A stretch of 45,334 bases of DNA from an uncultured Bifidobacterium sp. (GTDB lineage: Bacteria > Actinomycetota > Acidimicrobiia > Acidimicrobiales > Ilumatobacteraceae), in NCBI GenBank assembly GCA_964595105.1, contig CAZQPJ010000001.1, positions 1 to 45,334 on the forward strand, in the 5' to 3' direction. The position numbers were made by a program, and so were the translations under genes. The notes beneath the pieces were generated by a model that was not told the DNA's origin, did not search any database, and was given only the letters and a program-made list of their open reading frames with translations. Positions 32,525 through 41,302 of the stretch are shown here, piece by piece (positions within the stretch are counted from its first letter, which is position 1; each line of letters opens with the position of its first letter).

Positions 32525-33682
32525 TCAGCCTCGCACGGCCCGCGCGGTGGACCGGTAGAGCTGCTCCATCGCAGCGACGGCACGGTCGAGCCGGAAGCGC
32601 TCGTCGAAGTCGGCCTTCGCTCGCTCGGCGAGCCGCGCTGCACGCTCGCGGTCGGTCGCCAACGACACGATCGCATCGGCGAGCGCCTGACGATCGCCCA
32701 CGGGGACGAGCACCGCATTCACGTCATCCACGAGGACGCCACGCAATCCGTCGACAGCGGTGGCAACGATCGGCACGCTCATTGCCATCGCCTCGAGCGC
32801 TGCGCCCGCCGTGCCTTCGTAGCGTGACGGCATGGCGAACACGTCGGCCGCTGCCAGAAGGTCGCCGATGTCATCTCGGTGGCCGAGTAGGTGCACGCTC
32901 GATGCCGTTCCGGGCGCTGCCGCCAGAGCCGCCTCGATCTCAGGCGTTGCGTTCCCGGCGCGACCGGCCACGAGGAGAACCGCCTCGGCGAGCCGCGGCT
33001 GCGCGAGATGCATCGCCGCGATGAGGTCGGCGTGCGCTTTCTGGAACTCCTGTCGACCCACCGCCAACACCACCACCGTGTGGTCGTTCACTCCCAGACG
33101 GCCGCGCACCGCTGCCCTTCGCTCGGCTCCGGGTTCTCCGAGCTGTTCGGTCGGTCGGCCCCGGTCGATCACCGTCACGCGATCCGGCCTCAGCCGGAGC
33201 GCTGCGATGTTCGCCGTGGCAACCCCCTCCGAGACGGAGTGGAACCGATCGACCATCCATCGTCCGGTCACGCCGTCGACTGCTTTCAGCACCCGCAGCC
33301 GCCACTTCCGCACCTTCGGGTCGGTGAAGCGAACCGGGTCGTAGGGAGTGTTCACGAGACTGGAGATGACCGGCACCCGGGTACCGAATGCGGCGACACG
33401 TCCCACCACGTCGGCATCGAAGATGGCGGTGTGCACCACGTCGGGTCGTTCGGCTCTCAGCAGTCGGCGCAATTCACGAACGCGGCCGAACCAGGACGTT
33501 GCCGCCAACACCGTGACGGGAATGCCGAGGTCGCGAATCCGGTCCTCGTCGCCGACGGGCTCGCGCTTCAGGGTGAACACGACCGGGTCCACTCCGCGAT
33601 CGCGCAGCACGGGCAGCATCAGTGCGGTGGACCGCTCGCTGCCACCGGCTCCGAGGCTGTTGATGACGAAGGCGACCTTCAC
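32525..33682 (-). CDS. GT4-family glycosyltransferase
   Basis: Track ORF trimmed to GTG 33682, preceded by GGAGGAAGAGG. VAFVINSLGAGGSERS N-terminus. YEGTAGAALEAMAMSVPIVATAVDGLRGVLV E-x7-E region. Confidence 0.85.
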   Translation of the reverse strand: MKVAFVINSLGAGGSERSTALMLPVLRDRGVDPVVFTLKREPVGDEDRIRDLGIPVTVLAATSWFGRVRELRRLLRAERPDVVHTAIFDADVVGRVAAFGTRVPVISSLVNTPYDPVRFTDPKVRKWRLRVLKAVDGVTGRWMVDRFHSVSEGVATANIAALRLRPDRVTVIDRGRPTEQLGEPGAERRAAVRGRLGVNDHTVVVLAVGRQEFQKAHADLIAAMHLAQPRLAEAVLLVAGRAGNATPEIEAALAAAPGTASSVHLLGHRDDIGDLLAAADVFAMPSRYEGTAGAALEAMAMSVPIVATAVDGLRGVLVDDVNAVLVPVGDRQALADAIVSLATDRERAARLAERAKADFDERFRLDRAVAAMEQLYRSTARAVRG

Positions 33683-33707
33683 GGCACCTCTTCCTCCAGG
33701 CACAGCA

Positions 33708-34676
33708 TCAGCGATGGTGAGCGCGATGCCACGCCACCTGTTGCCGCACGCCCTCGGCGAGTGACACTTTCGGGGACCAACCGAGCAACGCTCCCGCACG
33801 CTCGATGGAGCCTCCCGTCCGGAACACGTCACCGGCCTCCGCCGGCCGCCAGTCGATTCGCACCGCCTCGCCGAGCGCGTCGCCCACCAACTCCACGAGA
33901 TCGATGAGGCGCGTCGACGAACCGCCCGCCACGTTCAACACCGTTCCGGGGGCGAGGTCGGCGACGGCACTGAGGTACGTCGCCTCCACCACGTCACCGA
34001 CGAACGTGAAGTCACGAATCTGCTCGCCGGTGCCGAACAGCGGGAAGGCGTCACCGCGAAGGGCGCCGCCGATCATCCGGTTGAGCGCCATGTCGGGGCG
34101 TTGACGAGGGCCGTACACCGTGAAGTAGCGAGGGCAGGCCGTGGGCACGCCGAAGTTCGCCGCATACGCCGTGCAGAGCAGTTCACCGGCGAGCTTCGTG
34201 ACTCCGTAGGGGCTGAAGGGGCGCGTGGAGTGATCCTCGGGTGTGGGCGCCACTGTCGCCTGTCCGTAGATCGATGAACTCGAGGCGTACACGAAGCGAT
34301 GCAGCGGTGTGTCGCGAACGGCTTCCAACAGCCGCTGGGTCACGTTCACGTTGAGTTCGTTGTAGGTGCGGAAGCCCTGCGCCCACGAGAGCCGGACGCC
34401 CGGTTGGCCCGCTAGGTGGAACACCACTTCGACGCCATCGAGCAATGGTTCGAGGTCGGCGGTCAGAAGGTCGGCTTCCACCAAGGTGAACTCCGAACGC
34501 TGCATGACTGCCGAGATGTTGCTCTGCTTCAACGCCGGGTCGTAGTAGTCGGTGAAGCAGTCGACGCCCCGAACCGACCATCCGGCCTCGACAAGCCGCT
34601 CGGCGAGGTGGCTTCCCACGAATCCTGCTGCGCCGGTGACGAGTGCTCGCACAATCGGAGTGTAACGATCCACCAC
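33708..34676 (-). CDS. NAD-dependent nucleotide-sugar epimerase/dehydratase (extended SDR)
   Basis: ALVTGAAGFVGSHL Rossmann, SSSSIYG and catalytic YGVTK. The start is GTG 34676 or GTG 34652. Confidence 0.85.
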   Translation of the reverse strand: MVDRYTPIVRALVTGAAGFVGSHLAERLVEAGWSVRGVDCFTDYYDPALKQSNISAVMQRSEFTLVEADLLTADLEPLLDGVEVVFHLAGQPGVRLSWAQGFRTYNELNVNVTQRLLEAVRDTPLHRFVYASSSSIYGQATVAPTPEDHSTRPFSPYGVTKLAGELLCTAYAANFGVPTACPRYFTVYGPRQRPDMALNRMIGGALRGDAFPLFGTGEQIRDFTFVGDVVEATYLSAVADLAPGTVLNVAGGSSTRLIDLVELVGDALGEAVRIDWRPAEAGDVFRTGGSIERAGALLGWSPKVSLAEGVRQQVAWHRAHHR

Positions 34677-34688
34677 CGACTGCCGAGG

Positions 34689-36437
34689 TCAGTGGAGGCC
34701 CGACAACTTCAGCGCCCGTTGGTAGAACTCGTTGTCTCGGGCGAGTGCCGCTGGCGAATCGAACGCCTTCAGCTCGCCGTCCTGCACCACCATGATCCGG
34801 TCGCAGATGTCGAGGGTCGACAGGCGGTGGGCGATGATCACCACCGACACTCGTCCGCGAAGACGTTCGAGCGTCTCGCGGATGAGGTGTTCCGACTCGA
34901 CGTCGAGCGCGCTCGTCGGTTCGTCGAGCACCAACAGTTCGGGCTTCTCCACCAGCGCCCTGGCGATCACGAGGCGCTGCTGCTGTCCGCCGCTGAGGTG
35001 GCTCCCCAGTTCGCCGACGAAACGTTCGTACGCTTCGGGCCACGCCACAACGTCACCATGGAGGTTCGAGAGCCGTGCCGCCTCCTCGATGTCGGCCTGG
35101 GTGACACCGTCGCGCATGAAGCGGATGTTGTGTGCCACCGTTCCGGCCACGAGGTGCGGTTGCTGCGGGACGAAGGTGACCTTGCGCGCCCATTCGGCAC
35201 GCGAGAGCGTGGCGACGTCGCGGCCACCGGCGGTGACTCGGCCACTGTCGGGATCTCGCAACGCCAGCATCAACTGCACCAATGTCGACTTGCCGCTACC
35301 CGAAGGCCCCACCACTCCCACGATTTCGCCGGGCTCGATGGTGAAACTGAGATCGGTCAGCACCGGTCGGCCGTCCTGGTAACCGAACGACACCTGATCG
35401 AACGACAGCGACCCGAGTGCGCCGATGGGAGCGCCTCCATCGATGATCTGGTTGGCCTGAAGCCGTTCGAGTTCGGCGTCGAGTGCCTCGAGGAAGGGAA
35501 AGGTCGACAGGATGCCGCCCGATGCCCCCTGCAACGCTTGGCCATACGTCAGCGAGCGCAGCATCACCAGCATCACCGGGCCCACCGATGCGAGAGCGAC
35601 CGACTCGACCGACGAGGTCGCCCACAGGGCGATCAGCACTGCTGCATAGGCAAGTGCGCTGTACGCGGCAGGGTTGAGCGCACGAAGGAAGTAGAGACGA
35701 CGGTTCTGTGCGGCGTTCACCAACGTCTCCTCCCGAACACTCGCCTCCACTGCGCCCTGTACGTGGAAGACGTGGAGGTCGACTGCGGCTTGGGAGTACT
35801 CGCCGAGGAAGGTCGCGAACTCCATGCCCGAGGCAACCGTGCGTTTCGCCTGCCGGCGCAAAGCACCTCGAATGGGTCGCAGCACCGAACTCAGCACTCC
35901 CACTGCTGCGATGACGGCGATCGACGCCACAGGGTCGACCGCCACGGCAGTTGCAAGCAGTGTGAACAGGCTCAGCAGCGCACCGAGCCATTGGGTGATC
36001 GACTGCGAGAGGTCGGAGACGCGTTGGGTGAACGTGGTGAGCAGTTCCTGCAACCGGCCCACCCGGTCGCCGTGCTGCACCTTCCAGGTCGCCCCGAGGT
36101 ACGCCTTCGCCAACGTGAGGCGGCTCTGCAGGGTGATGTCGTAGGTGAGGTTCGACGACTGGCGCGCGGCCGCAGCGGCGCACCCGAACCGCGCCACCAC
36201 CATCACTGCTGCGATGACCAATGCCCACTTCAGTTCGACACGAACCCCGGCGAGCACACCCACGCGGTCGCGTCCGTCGGTGATAGCGAACGCAAGACGG
36301 GTGATCACCACGAGGAAGCCCGCCTCGAGCAGTCCTCCGGCGAGGTTCGACAGGATGAGGCCCACGAGGCGCGCCCGACGACCGTCGAACAGATGCACCA
36401 TCCTGCGGACGTCACTCGTTCGACGCTGTCGACCCAC
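34689..36437 (-). CDS. ABC exporter, fused permease + ATPase (MsbA/PglK-like half transporter)
   Basis: 582 aa. GTG 36437 lies 7 nt after GAGGAGG. N-terminal 6-TM domain. Walker A GPSGSGKST, signature LSGGQQQRLVIARAL and Walker B LLVLDEPTSALD. Confidence 0.9.
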   Translation of the reverse strand: MGRQRRTSDVRRMVHLFDGRRARLVGLILSNLAGGLLEAGFLVVITRLAFAITDGRDRVGVLAGVRVELKWALVIAAVMVVARFGCAAAAARQSSNLTYDITLQSRLTLAKAYLGATWKVQHGDRVGRLQELLTTFTQRVSDLSQSITQWLGALLSLFTLLATAVAVDPVASIAVIAAVGVLSSVLRPIRGALRRQAKRTVASGMEFATFLGEYSQAAVDLHVFHVQGAVEASVREETLVNAAQNRRLYFLRALNPAAYSALAYAAVLIALWATSSVESVALASVGPVMLVMLRSLTYGQALQGASGGILSTFPFLEALDAELERLQANQIIDGGAPIGALGSLSFDQVSFGYQDGRPVLTDLSFTIEPGEIVGVVGPSGSGKSTLVQLMLALRDPDSGRVTAGGRDVATLSRAEWARKVTFVPQQPHLVAGTVAHNIRFMRDGVTQADIEEAARLSNLHGDVVAWPEAYERFVGELGSHLSGGQQQRLVIARALVEKPELLVLDEPTSALDVESEHLIRETLERLRGRVSVVIIAHRLSTLDICDRIMVVQDGELKAFDSPAALARDNEFYQRALKLSGLH

Positions 36438-36530
36438 CTACTGCCTCCTCGGTGCGAATCGTAGGGGTCGTGACGACAGCACCGAAGTGATGCCGCTGAG
36501 CCGACGGGCCCACCCCATAGGTTGGGGGTC

Positions 36531-37589
36531 GTGAGGATCCTCCAGGTGATCACCGATACCGATCGGCGTGGCGCTCAGGTGTTCGCCACCGACCTGGGTG
36601 AGGCCCTCACCGCCGCTGGTCATGCGGTCACCACGGTGGCGTTGGCGCCCGGTTCGAACCAGCGGCCTCTCGACGTACCGGTGTTGGGCCGTCGTCGACG
36701 CTCATTGTCGACCATCAGGGCTCTTCGCCGCTGCATGGGTGAGACCGACATCACGATCGCGCACGGCTCGGCCACCGGTCTGGCGTGCGCGTTGACGCTC
36801 CGCCCTTTCGTCTACCGCCAGATCAGCGATAGCCGCTTCTGGGCAGCGAGCTGGCCCCGGCGGCTCCGGGTCGCGGTCTACCTTCGACGTGCCCGCCACA
36901 TCGTGGCGCTCTCCAACGACGCCGCCGAGGCGCTCGAATCGCACCTGTGGCTGCCTCGTACTCGAATCACCGTCGTACCCAACGGTGTGCCGGGCGGGTC
37001 CTTCGACGCACCCGACACACCGGAGCGTGCAGCAGCGCGGCGCGCTCTCGGGCTGGCGCCTGATGCCTTCGTTGCTCTCTACATCGGTGCTCTCGTTCCC
37101 GAGAAGGGTGCGGATCATGCAATCCGGGCCGTGGGCGAGTGCGAGGGAACTCAACTTGCCATCGCGGGCGGAGGGCCAGACGAACCGAAGCTGCGCTCTC
37201 TCGCCGCAGAACTCGGAGTGGCTGTTGCGTTCCTCGGAGTCCTCGATGATGCTCGGGCTGCATATGCGGCCGCCGATGTGAACGTGCTGCCAAGCCGCGG
37301 AGGCGACAGCATGCCGGCCACGCTCATCGAAGCAGGCCTGTGCGGGGTGCCATCGATTGCCACACCCGTTGGATCCATCGGTGAGATCGTGCTCGATGGA
37401 ACCACGGGTGTCATGGTGCCGATCGACGACGGTGAGGCGCTCCGCGCTGCGCTCATCAGGCTTCGCGACAACCCCGCAGAACGTCGCCGCATGGGTGAAG
37501 CCGCGCGCCGACATTGCCTCGAAAGGTTCGAGATCGGCGTCGTGGCTGCGCAGTGGATCGACGTCCTGGAGGCGGCGCGCCGCGCGTAG
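36531..37589 (+). CDS. GT4-family glycosyltransferase
   Basis: VRILQVITDTDRRGAQVFA N-terminus. The C-terminal DSMPATLIEAGLCGVPSIATPVGSIGEIV region resembles an E-x7-E-type motif. GTG 36531 preferred over TTG 36522. Confidence 0.85.
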   Translation: MRILQVITDTDRRGAQVFATDLGEALTAAGHAVTTVALAPGSNQRPLDVPVLGRRRRSLSTIRALRRCMGETDITIAHGSATGLACALTLRPFVYRQISDSRFWAASWPRRLRVAVYLRRARHIVALSNDAAEALESHLWLPRTRITVVPNGVPGGSFDAPDTPERAAARRALGLAPDAFVALYIGALVPEKGADHAIRAVGECEGTQLAIAGGGPDEPKLRSLAAELGVAVAFLGVLDDARAAYAAADVNVLPSRGGDSMPATLIEAGLCGVPSIATPVGSIGEIVLDGTTGVMVPIDDGEALRAALIRLRDNPAERRRMGEAARRHCLERFEIGVVAAQWIDVLEAARRA

Positions 37590-37600
37590 ACCGCTGGGGC

Positions 37601-38863
37601 CTACAGCACCTCGACGTTCGGTCCGCTGAGGCGGTGGCGGGCGTCGAACACGTAGCCGGCGTGAGTGCTCACGAGGTCGTAGTCGAGGTCGTCGTGGTCG
37701 GTCACCAGCACCACGGCATCGGCGGCGCGCACCTCGTCGACGGTCAGGTCGACGCGCTTCACCTCGGTGTCGATGGGGTGAGCGCCCACGTGGGCATCGT
37801 GCACGTGCACGTCGGCGCCGAGCTTGTCGAGCGCTGCCACCACGTCGACGGCCGGAGTCTCGCGGGCATCGTTGGAGTTCTTCTTGTAGGCGAGGCCCAG
37901 CACCAGCACGCGCGAGCCCTTCATCGGCTTGCCACGCTCGTTCAGGCCCAGCATCACGCGGTGCGCCACGTAACCGGGCATGTGGTCGTTGATGTCGTTG
38001 GCGATGTCGACGAAACGCGACGTGCCGTCGATCTGCTGCTTGATCTTCCAGCTGAGGTACGACGGGTCGATGGGAAGACAGTGCCCACCCACGCCCGGTC
38101 CCGGGTAGAACGGCATGAACCCGAACGGCTTCGTGGAGGCAGCGCGCACCACTTCCCAGATGTCGATGCCGAGCGAGTTCGAGTGGATGGCGAGTTCGTT
38201 CACGAGGGCGATGTTCACGTGGCGGAACGTGTTCTCGAGCAACTTGGTGAGCTCGGCCTCCCGCGTGCCACTGACCGGCACCGTGCGGTCGACGAGGTCG
38301 TCGTAGAAGCCCTTCACCGCGGCAAGCGACTCGGCGTCGATGCCCGACACCACCTTCGGTGTCACCTCGAAGGTCCAGGTGGCGTTGCCGGGGTCGATCC
38401 GTTCGGGTGAGAAGCCGAGATGGAAATCGGCACCGGCCCGCAAGCCCGAGCCCGCTTCCAGAATGGGGGCGAGTATCTCGTCGGTGGTGCCGGGGTAGGT
38501 GGTGCTCTCGAGCACCACCGTGCAGCCGGGCCGAACGTGAGGCGCCAACATCGCCCCTGCCGACTCGATGAACGAGAGGTCGGGCACGCCCTCGCGCAGC
38601 GGGGTGGGCACGGTGATGACGGCAACGTCGAATTCCGCAACCAGGGCAGCGTCGGCGGTGGCCCGGTAGCGCCCGGTGGCGAGCGCCGACGACACGTCGT
38701 GGTCGGTGATGTCGTCGATGTGAGTGCGACCAGCGGTCAAGCCGTCGACCTTGCGCTCGTCGAGGTCGAAGCCGATGACGTCGTACCCCACCTCCACGGC
38801 GCGCATGGCCAGCGGTAGCCCCACGTATCCCTGACCCACCACCACCACACGTCGAGGACTCAC
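37601..38863 (-). CDS. UDP-N-acetylhexosamine 6-dehydrogenase family (WbpA/TviB/WecC-like nucleotide-sugar dehydrogenase)
   Basis: VVVVGQGYVGLPLA Rossmann and catalytic Cys in GPGVGGHCLPIDP. Start set at GTG 38863 (GTGA overlap with upstream stop); alternative GTG 38878. Confidence 0.9.
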   Translation of the reverse strand: MSPRRVVVVGQGYVGLPLAMRAVEVGYDVIGFDLDERKVDGLTAGRTHIDDITDHDVSSALATGRYRATADAALVAEFDVAVITVPTPLREGVPDLSFIESAGAMLAPHVRPGCTVVLESTTYPGTTDEILAPILEAGSGLRAGADFHLGFSPERIDPGNATWTFEVTPKVVSGIDAESLAAVKGFYDDLVDRTVPVSGTREAELTKLLENTFRHVNIALVNELAIHSNSLGIDIWEVVRAASTKPFGFMPFYPGPGVGGHCLPIDPSYLSWKIKQQIDGTSRFVDIANDINDHMPGYVAHRVMLGLNERGKPMKGSRVLVLGLAYKKNSNDARETPAVDVVAALDKLGADVHVHDAHVGAHPIDTEVKRVDLTVDEVRAADAVVLVTDHDDLDYDLVSTHAGYVFDARHRLSGPNVEVL

Positions 38864-40692
38864 TGTTGTCTGCTCCACTCGGTAGCCGGATCGTCGACCA
38901 ACCAGTTGAGCCCCCAGGCCGCCAGCATGGCCGGGGCGTCCACCAGTCGCATCGGCGTGACGGGCACATGGCTGATGAGCGGGTGGATCGGCCGATCGTC
39001 GGCCTCGTCGGTGGCCAGCAGTTCCTCGTGCAACTTCTCGCCCGGCCGAAGGCCCGTGAACTGGATGCGCAGCGGTGGCGTGTGCTGCTCGGCAAAACGC
39101 TTCGCCACGTCAGCGATGCGCACGGGCTCGCCCATGTCGAGCACCAGCACCTCGCCCGACCGGCCGATGGCCCCCGCGAAGATGGTGAGGCGCACCGCTT
39201 CCTCGACCGTCATGAAGTAACGGGTGACCTCCGGATGGGTCACCGACAGCGGCCCGCCGGCAGCTGATTGAGCGGCGAAGGCCGTGAGCACAGAGCCCCG
39301 CGAACCGAGCACGTTGCCGAACCGCACCGACACGTAGGCACCGCCGCTTCGCGTCGCGGCGTGCGACGTGAGCCCTTCGGTGAGGCGCTTCGAGTAACCG
39401 AGCACGCTGGTGGGGTTCGCGGCCTTGTCGGTGCTGATGTTCACCATCCGCTCCACACCGTGGGCCAACGCTGCCTCGAGCACGTTGTTGGTGCCGAGCA
39501 CGTTCGTCTTCCATGCCTCCTCGGGCGCAGCCTGCAGCAGCGTGAGGTGCTTCAGCGCTGCGGCGTGGAACACCACGTGGGGCCGCACGTGGGTGAACAC
39601 CTCGTCGAGCCGTTGCGGGTCGCGGATGTCGGCAAGCACGAGACCGTGGTCGTCGAGCATGCCCATGCCGTCGATGCTGAGTTGCACCGAGTGCAGACCG
39701 CTTTCGTCGCGGTCGAGCATGTAGACCTTCTCGGGGTGGTAGCGGTGCAACTGCCGGCAGAGTTCGCTGCCGATGGAGCCTCCGGCGCCCGTCACCAGCA
39801 CGCGCTTGCCGGTGATGTACTGCGCCACGGCACCGGTGTCGATGTCGGCCGTGTCGCGGCCGAGCAGGTCGGTGTCGCGTACCGGATGGATGTCGCGCGA
39901 CGTCGCCTGACCGAACAGTTGCTCGGGCGGCGGCAGCACCAGCAGGGGCACGCCCAGTTCCTGTGCTTCCGCTGCCACCCGACGCTTCAACGACGGCGAC
40001 GCCGACGGTATGGCCAGCAGCACGGCGGTGGCGTTGGTGGTGTTCACCATGTCGGCGAGGTCGGCAAGGGTGCCCATCACTTTCACGCCGTGCAGGGTGA
40101 GATTGCGCCGGTGCGGGTCGTCGTCGAGCAACGCCACCGGCAGATATTGGCTCTGCGGGTCGGTGCGCATGCTGTGCACCACCTGCGCTGCGGCGCTGCC
40201 GGCACCGAGCACCACCAGCGGTTCGGCCAGGCTGGGGCGGCTCTTCCGTTCCTTCCAGAGGCGCCACATGCTGCGCAGCGCCACGGTTCCTGCCAGCGTG
40301 ATGGCCGTGGCCAACGGTGGAACCGACCGCGGCAGGCGAATGCTGTTCGCCAGCCAATAGGTGACAGTCAGCACCACGCCGGTGGCGATCACCGTGAGGG
40401 CAAGCACACGCAGTTCGTCGAAGGTGCCGTACCGGAACCTGCGGCGGTAGAGGCCCGATGCCACCCCGAACAGCACCTGACAGACCACGGCCACCACCAT
40501 GGCCAGTGGGATTCCCTTGCGGACGAGCCTGTCGAGGTCGAAGTCGAAGCGGAGGAGCGTAGTGATGGGCACCGAGACGGCCCAGATGAACGCGTCGACG
40601 GTCATGTGGATCACCGGCAGGTATCGCTGCACCAGTCGCTGCCGTCGGACTCGACGAGCGCTCATCATCAGGGCTTCACCACGCCTCGACAT
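38860..40692 (-). CDS. membrane-bound UDP-GlcNAc 4,6-dehydratase family (CapD/PglF/WbpM-like)
   Basis: Four N-terminal TM segments and a linker Rossmann-like domain. Then KRVLVTGAGGSIGSELCRQL, STDKAANPTSVLGYSKRL (YxxxK) and VRFGNVLGSRGSV. 610 aa; the start may be ATG 40668. Confidence 0.9.
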   Translation of the reverse strand: MSRRGEALMMSARRVRRQRLVQRYLPVIHMTVDAFIWAVSVPITTLLRFDFDLDRLVRKGIPLAMVVAVVCQVLFGVASGLYRRRFRYGTFDELRVLALTVIATGVVLTVTYWLANSIRLPRSVPPLATAITLAGTVALRSMWRLWKERKSRPSLAEPLVVLGAGSAAAQVVHSMRTDPQSQYLPVALLDDDPHRRNLTLHGVKVMGTLADLADMVNTTNATAVLLAIPSASPSLKRRVAAEAQELGVPLLVLPPPEQLFGQATSRDIHPVRDTDLLGRDTADIDTGAVAQYITGKRVLVTGAGGSIGSELCRQLHRYHPEKVYMLDRDESGLHSVQLSIDGMGMLDDHGLVLADIRDPQRLDEVFTHVRPHVVFHAAALKHLTLLQAAPEEAWKTNVLGTNNVLEAALAHGVERMVNISTDKAANPTSVLGYSKRLTEGLTSHAATRSGGAYVSVRFGNVLGSRGSVLTAFAAQSAAGGPLSVTHPEVTRYFMTVEEAVRLTIFAGAIGRSGEVLVLDMGEPVRIADVAKRFAEQHTPPLRIQFTGLRPGEKLHEELLATDEADDRPIHPLISHVPVTPMRLVDAPAMLAAWGLNWLVDDPATEWSRQQ

Positions 40693-40791
40693 TACGACAC
40701 GAACGCCTCTACATCGGGGCTTTCCGGCCGTGTGTCCCTTTCAGTGTGGGCACGTCGTGCTACCGTTCGGCCACTCCGGAGGTAGGTCAAC

Positions 40792-41298
40792 ATGCGGAAA
40801 TCCGTCGTCGCACTACTGGTATCGCTGTTCGCATTCCTCATGGCTGCGCCCATGGCGTCCGCGACTCCCACCACGGTCAGCCCGTATCCTCCCCGGCCGC
40901 CTGCCATCGAGGTCGAGAGTGGCTCGGTTCCGCCCGGCGGCAATCAGACCGTCACGGTGAGCGGCTTCTGCCCCGGCGTCATGGTCACTTTCACGCTCAA
41001 CCCGGGCGGCAGCGTGCTCGGCACTGCCAGCGCCAACAGTTCCGGCGTGGCGTCACTCACGTTCGCCGCACCCAACACCACCGGCACCTACACCGTGGTG
41101 GCCTCCGCCCCGAACACCTGCGGCGGAGGAGGCACCACCACGGTCGACACCGACTTCGAGGTGGCGTCCGAGGCACCGCTGCCCACCAGTGGTGCGGACT
41201 CTGGCTCGCTCGTCCGTACGGCAGCGGCCATCGTCGGTGTGGGCCTCGTGCTGGTCGGCGTGGCAATGGTTCGCCGCCGCCGCACCCGTACCGCCTGA
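40792..41298 (+). CDS. secreted surface protein with LPXTG-like sorting signal (LPTSG + TM + RRRR tail)
   Basis: GGAGG lies 8 nt upstream of the ATG. Signal peptide MRKSVVALLVSLFAFLMAAPMASA and a Pro-rich stalk. Ig-like Ser/Thr/Gly-rich domain. LPTSG (nt 41179-41193) is followed by AAAIVGVGLVLVGVAMV and RRRRTRTA. Confidence 0.7.
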   Translation: MRKSVVALLVSLFAFLMAAPMASATPTTVSPYPPRPPAIEVESGSVPPGGNQTVTVSGFCPGVMVTFTLNPGGSVLGTASANSSGVASLTFAAPNTTGTYTVVASAPNTCGGGGTTTVDTDFEVASEAPLPTSGADSGSLVRTAAAIVGVGLVLVGVAMVRRRRTRTA

Positions 41299-41302
41299 TT
41301 CT

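Noticed and set aside
30358-32718. 786-aa minus-strand ORF antisense to the GT4-GNAT gene. Similar giants: 36702..39095 (-), 34416..36464 (+), 41991..43895 (-), 26954..28627 (+), 6171..7985 (+), 38866..40785 (+ frames)
   Set aside because: All are Arg/His/Gly/Pro-rich with no recognisable motifs. Each lies opposite to, or out of frame with, an ORF that carries unambiguous family motifs. They are high-GC shadow ORFs.
36464-36534. 10-bp direct repeat GGGGTCGTGA (36464-36473 and 36525-36534) in the ABC-exporter / GT4 divergent spacer
   Set aside because: The second copy is simply the SD-like G-run plus the GTG start of the GT4 gene. The first opens only a 6-codon frame. Two copies of a 10-mer are not enough to claim a regulatory element.
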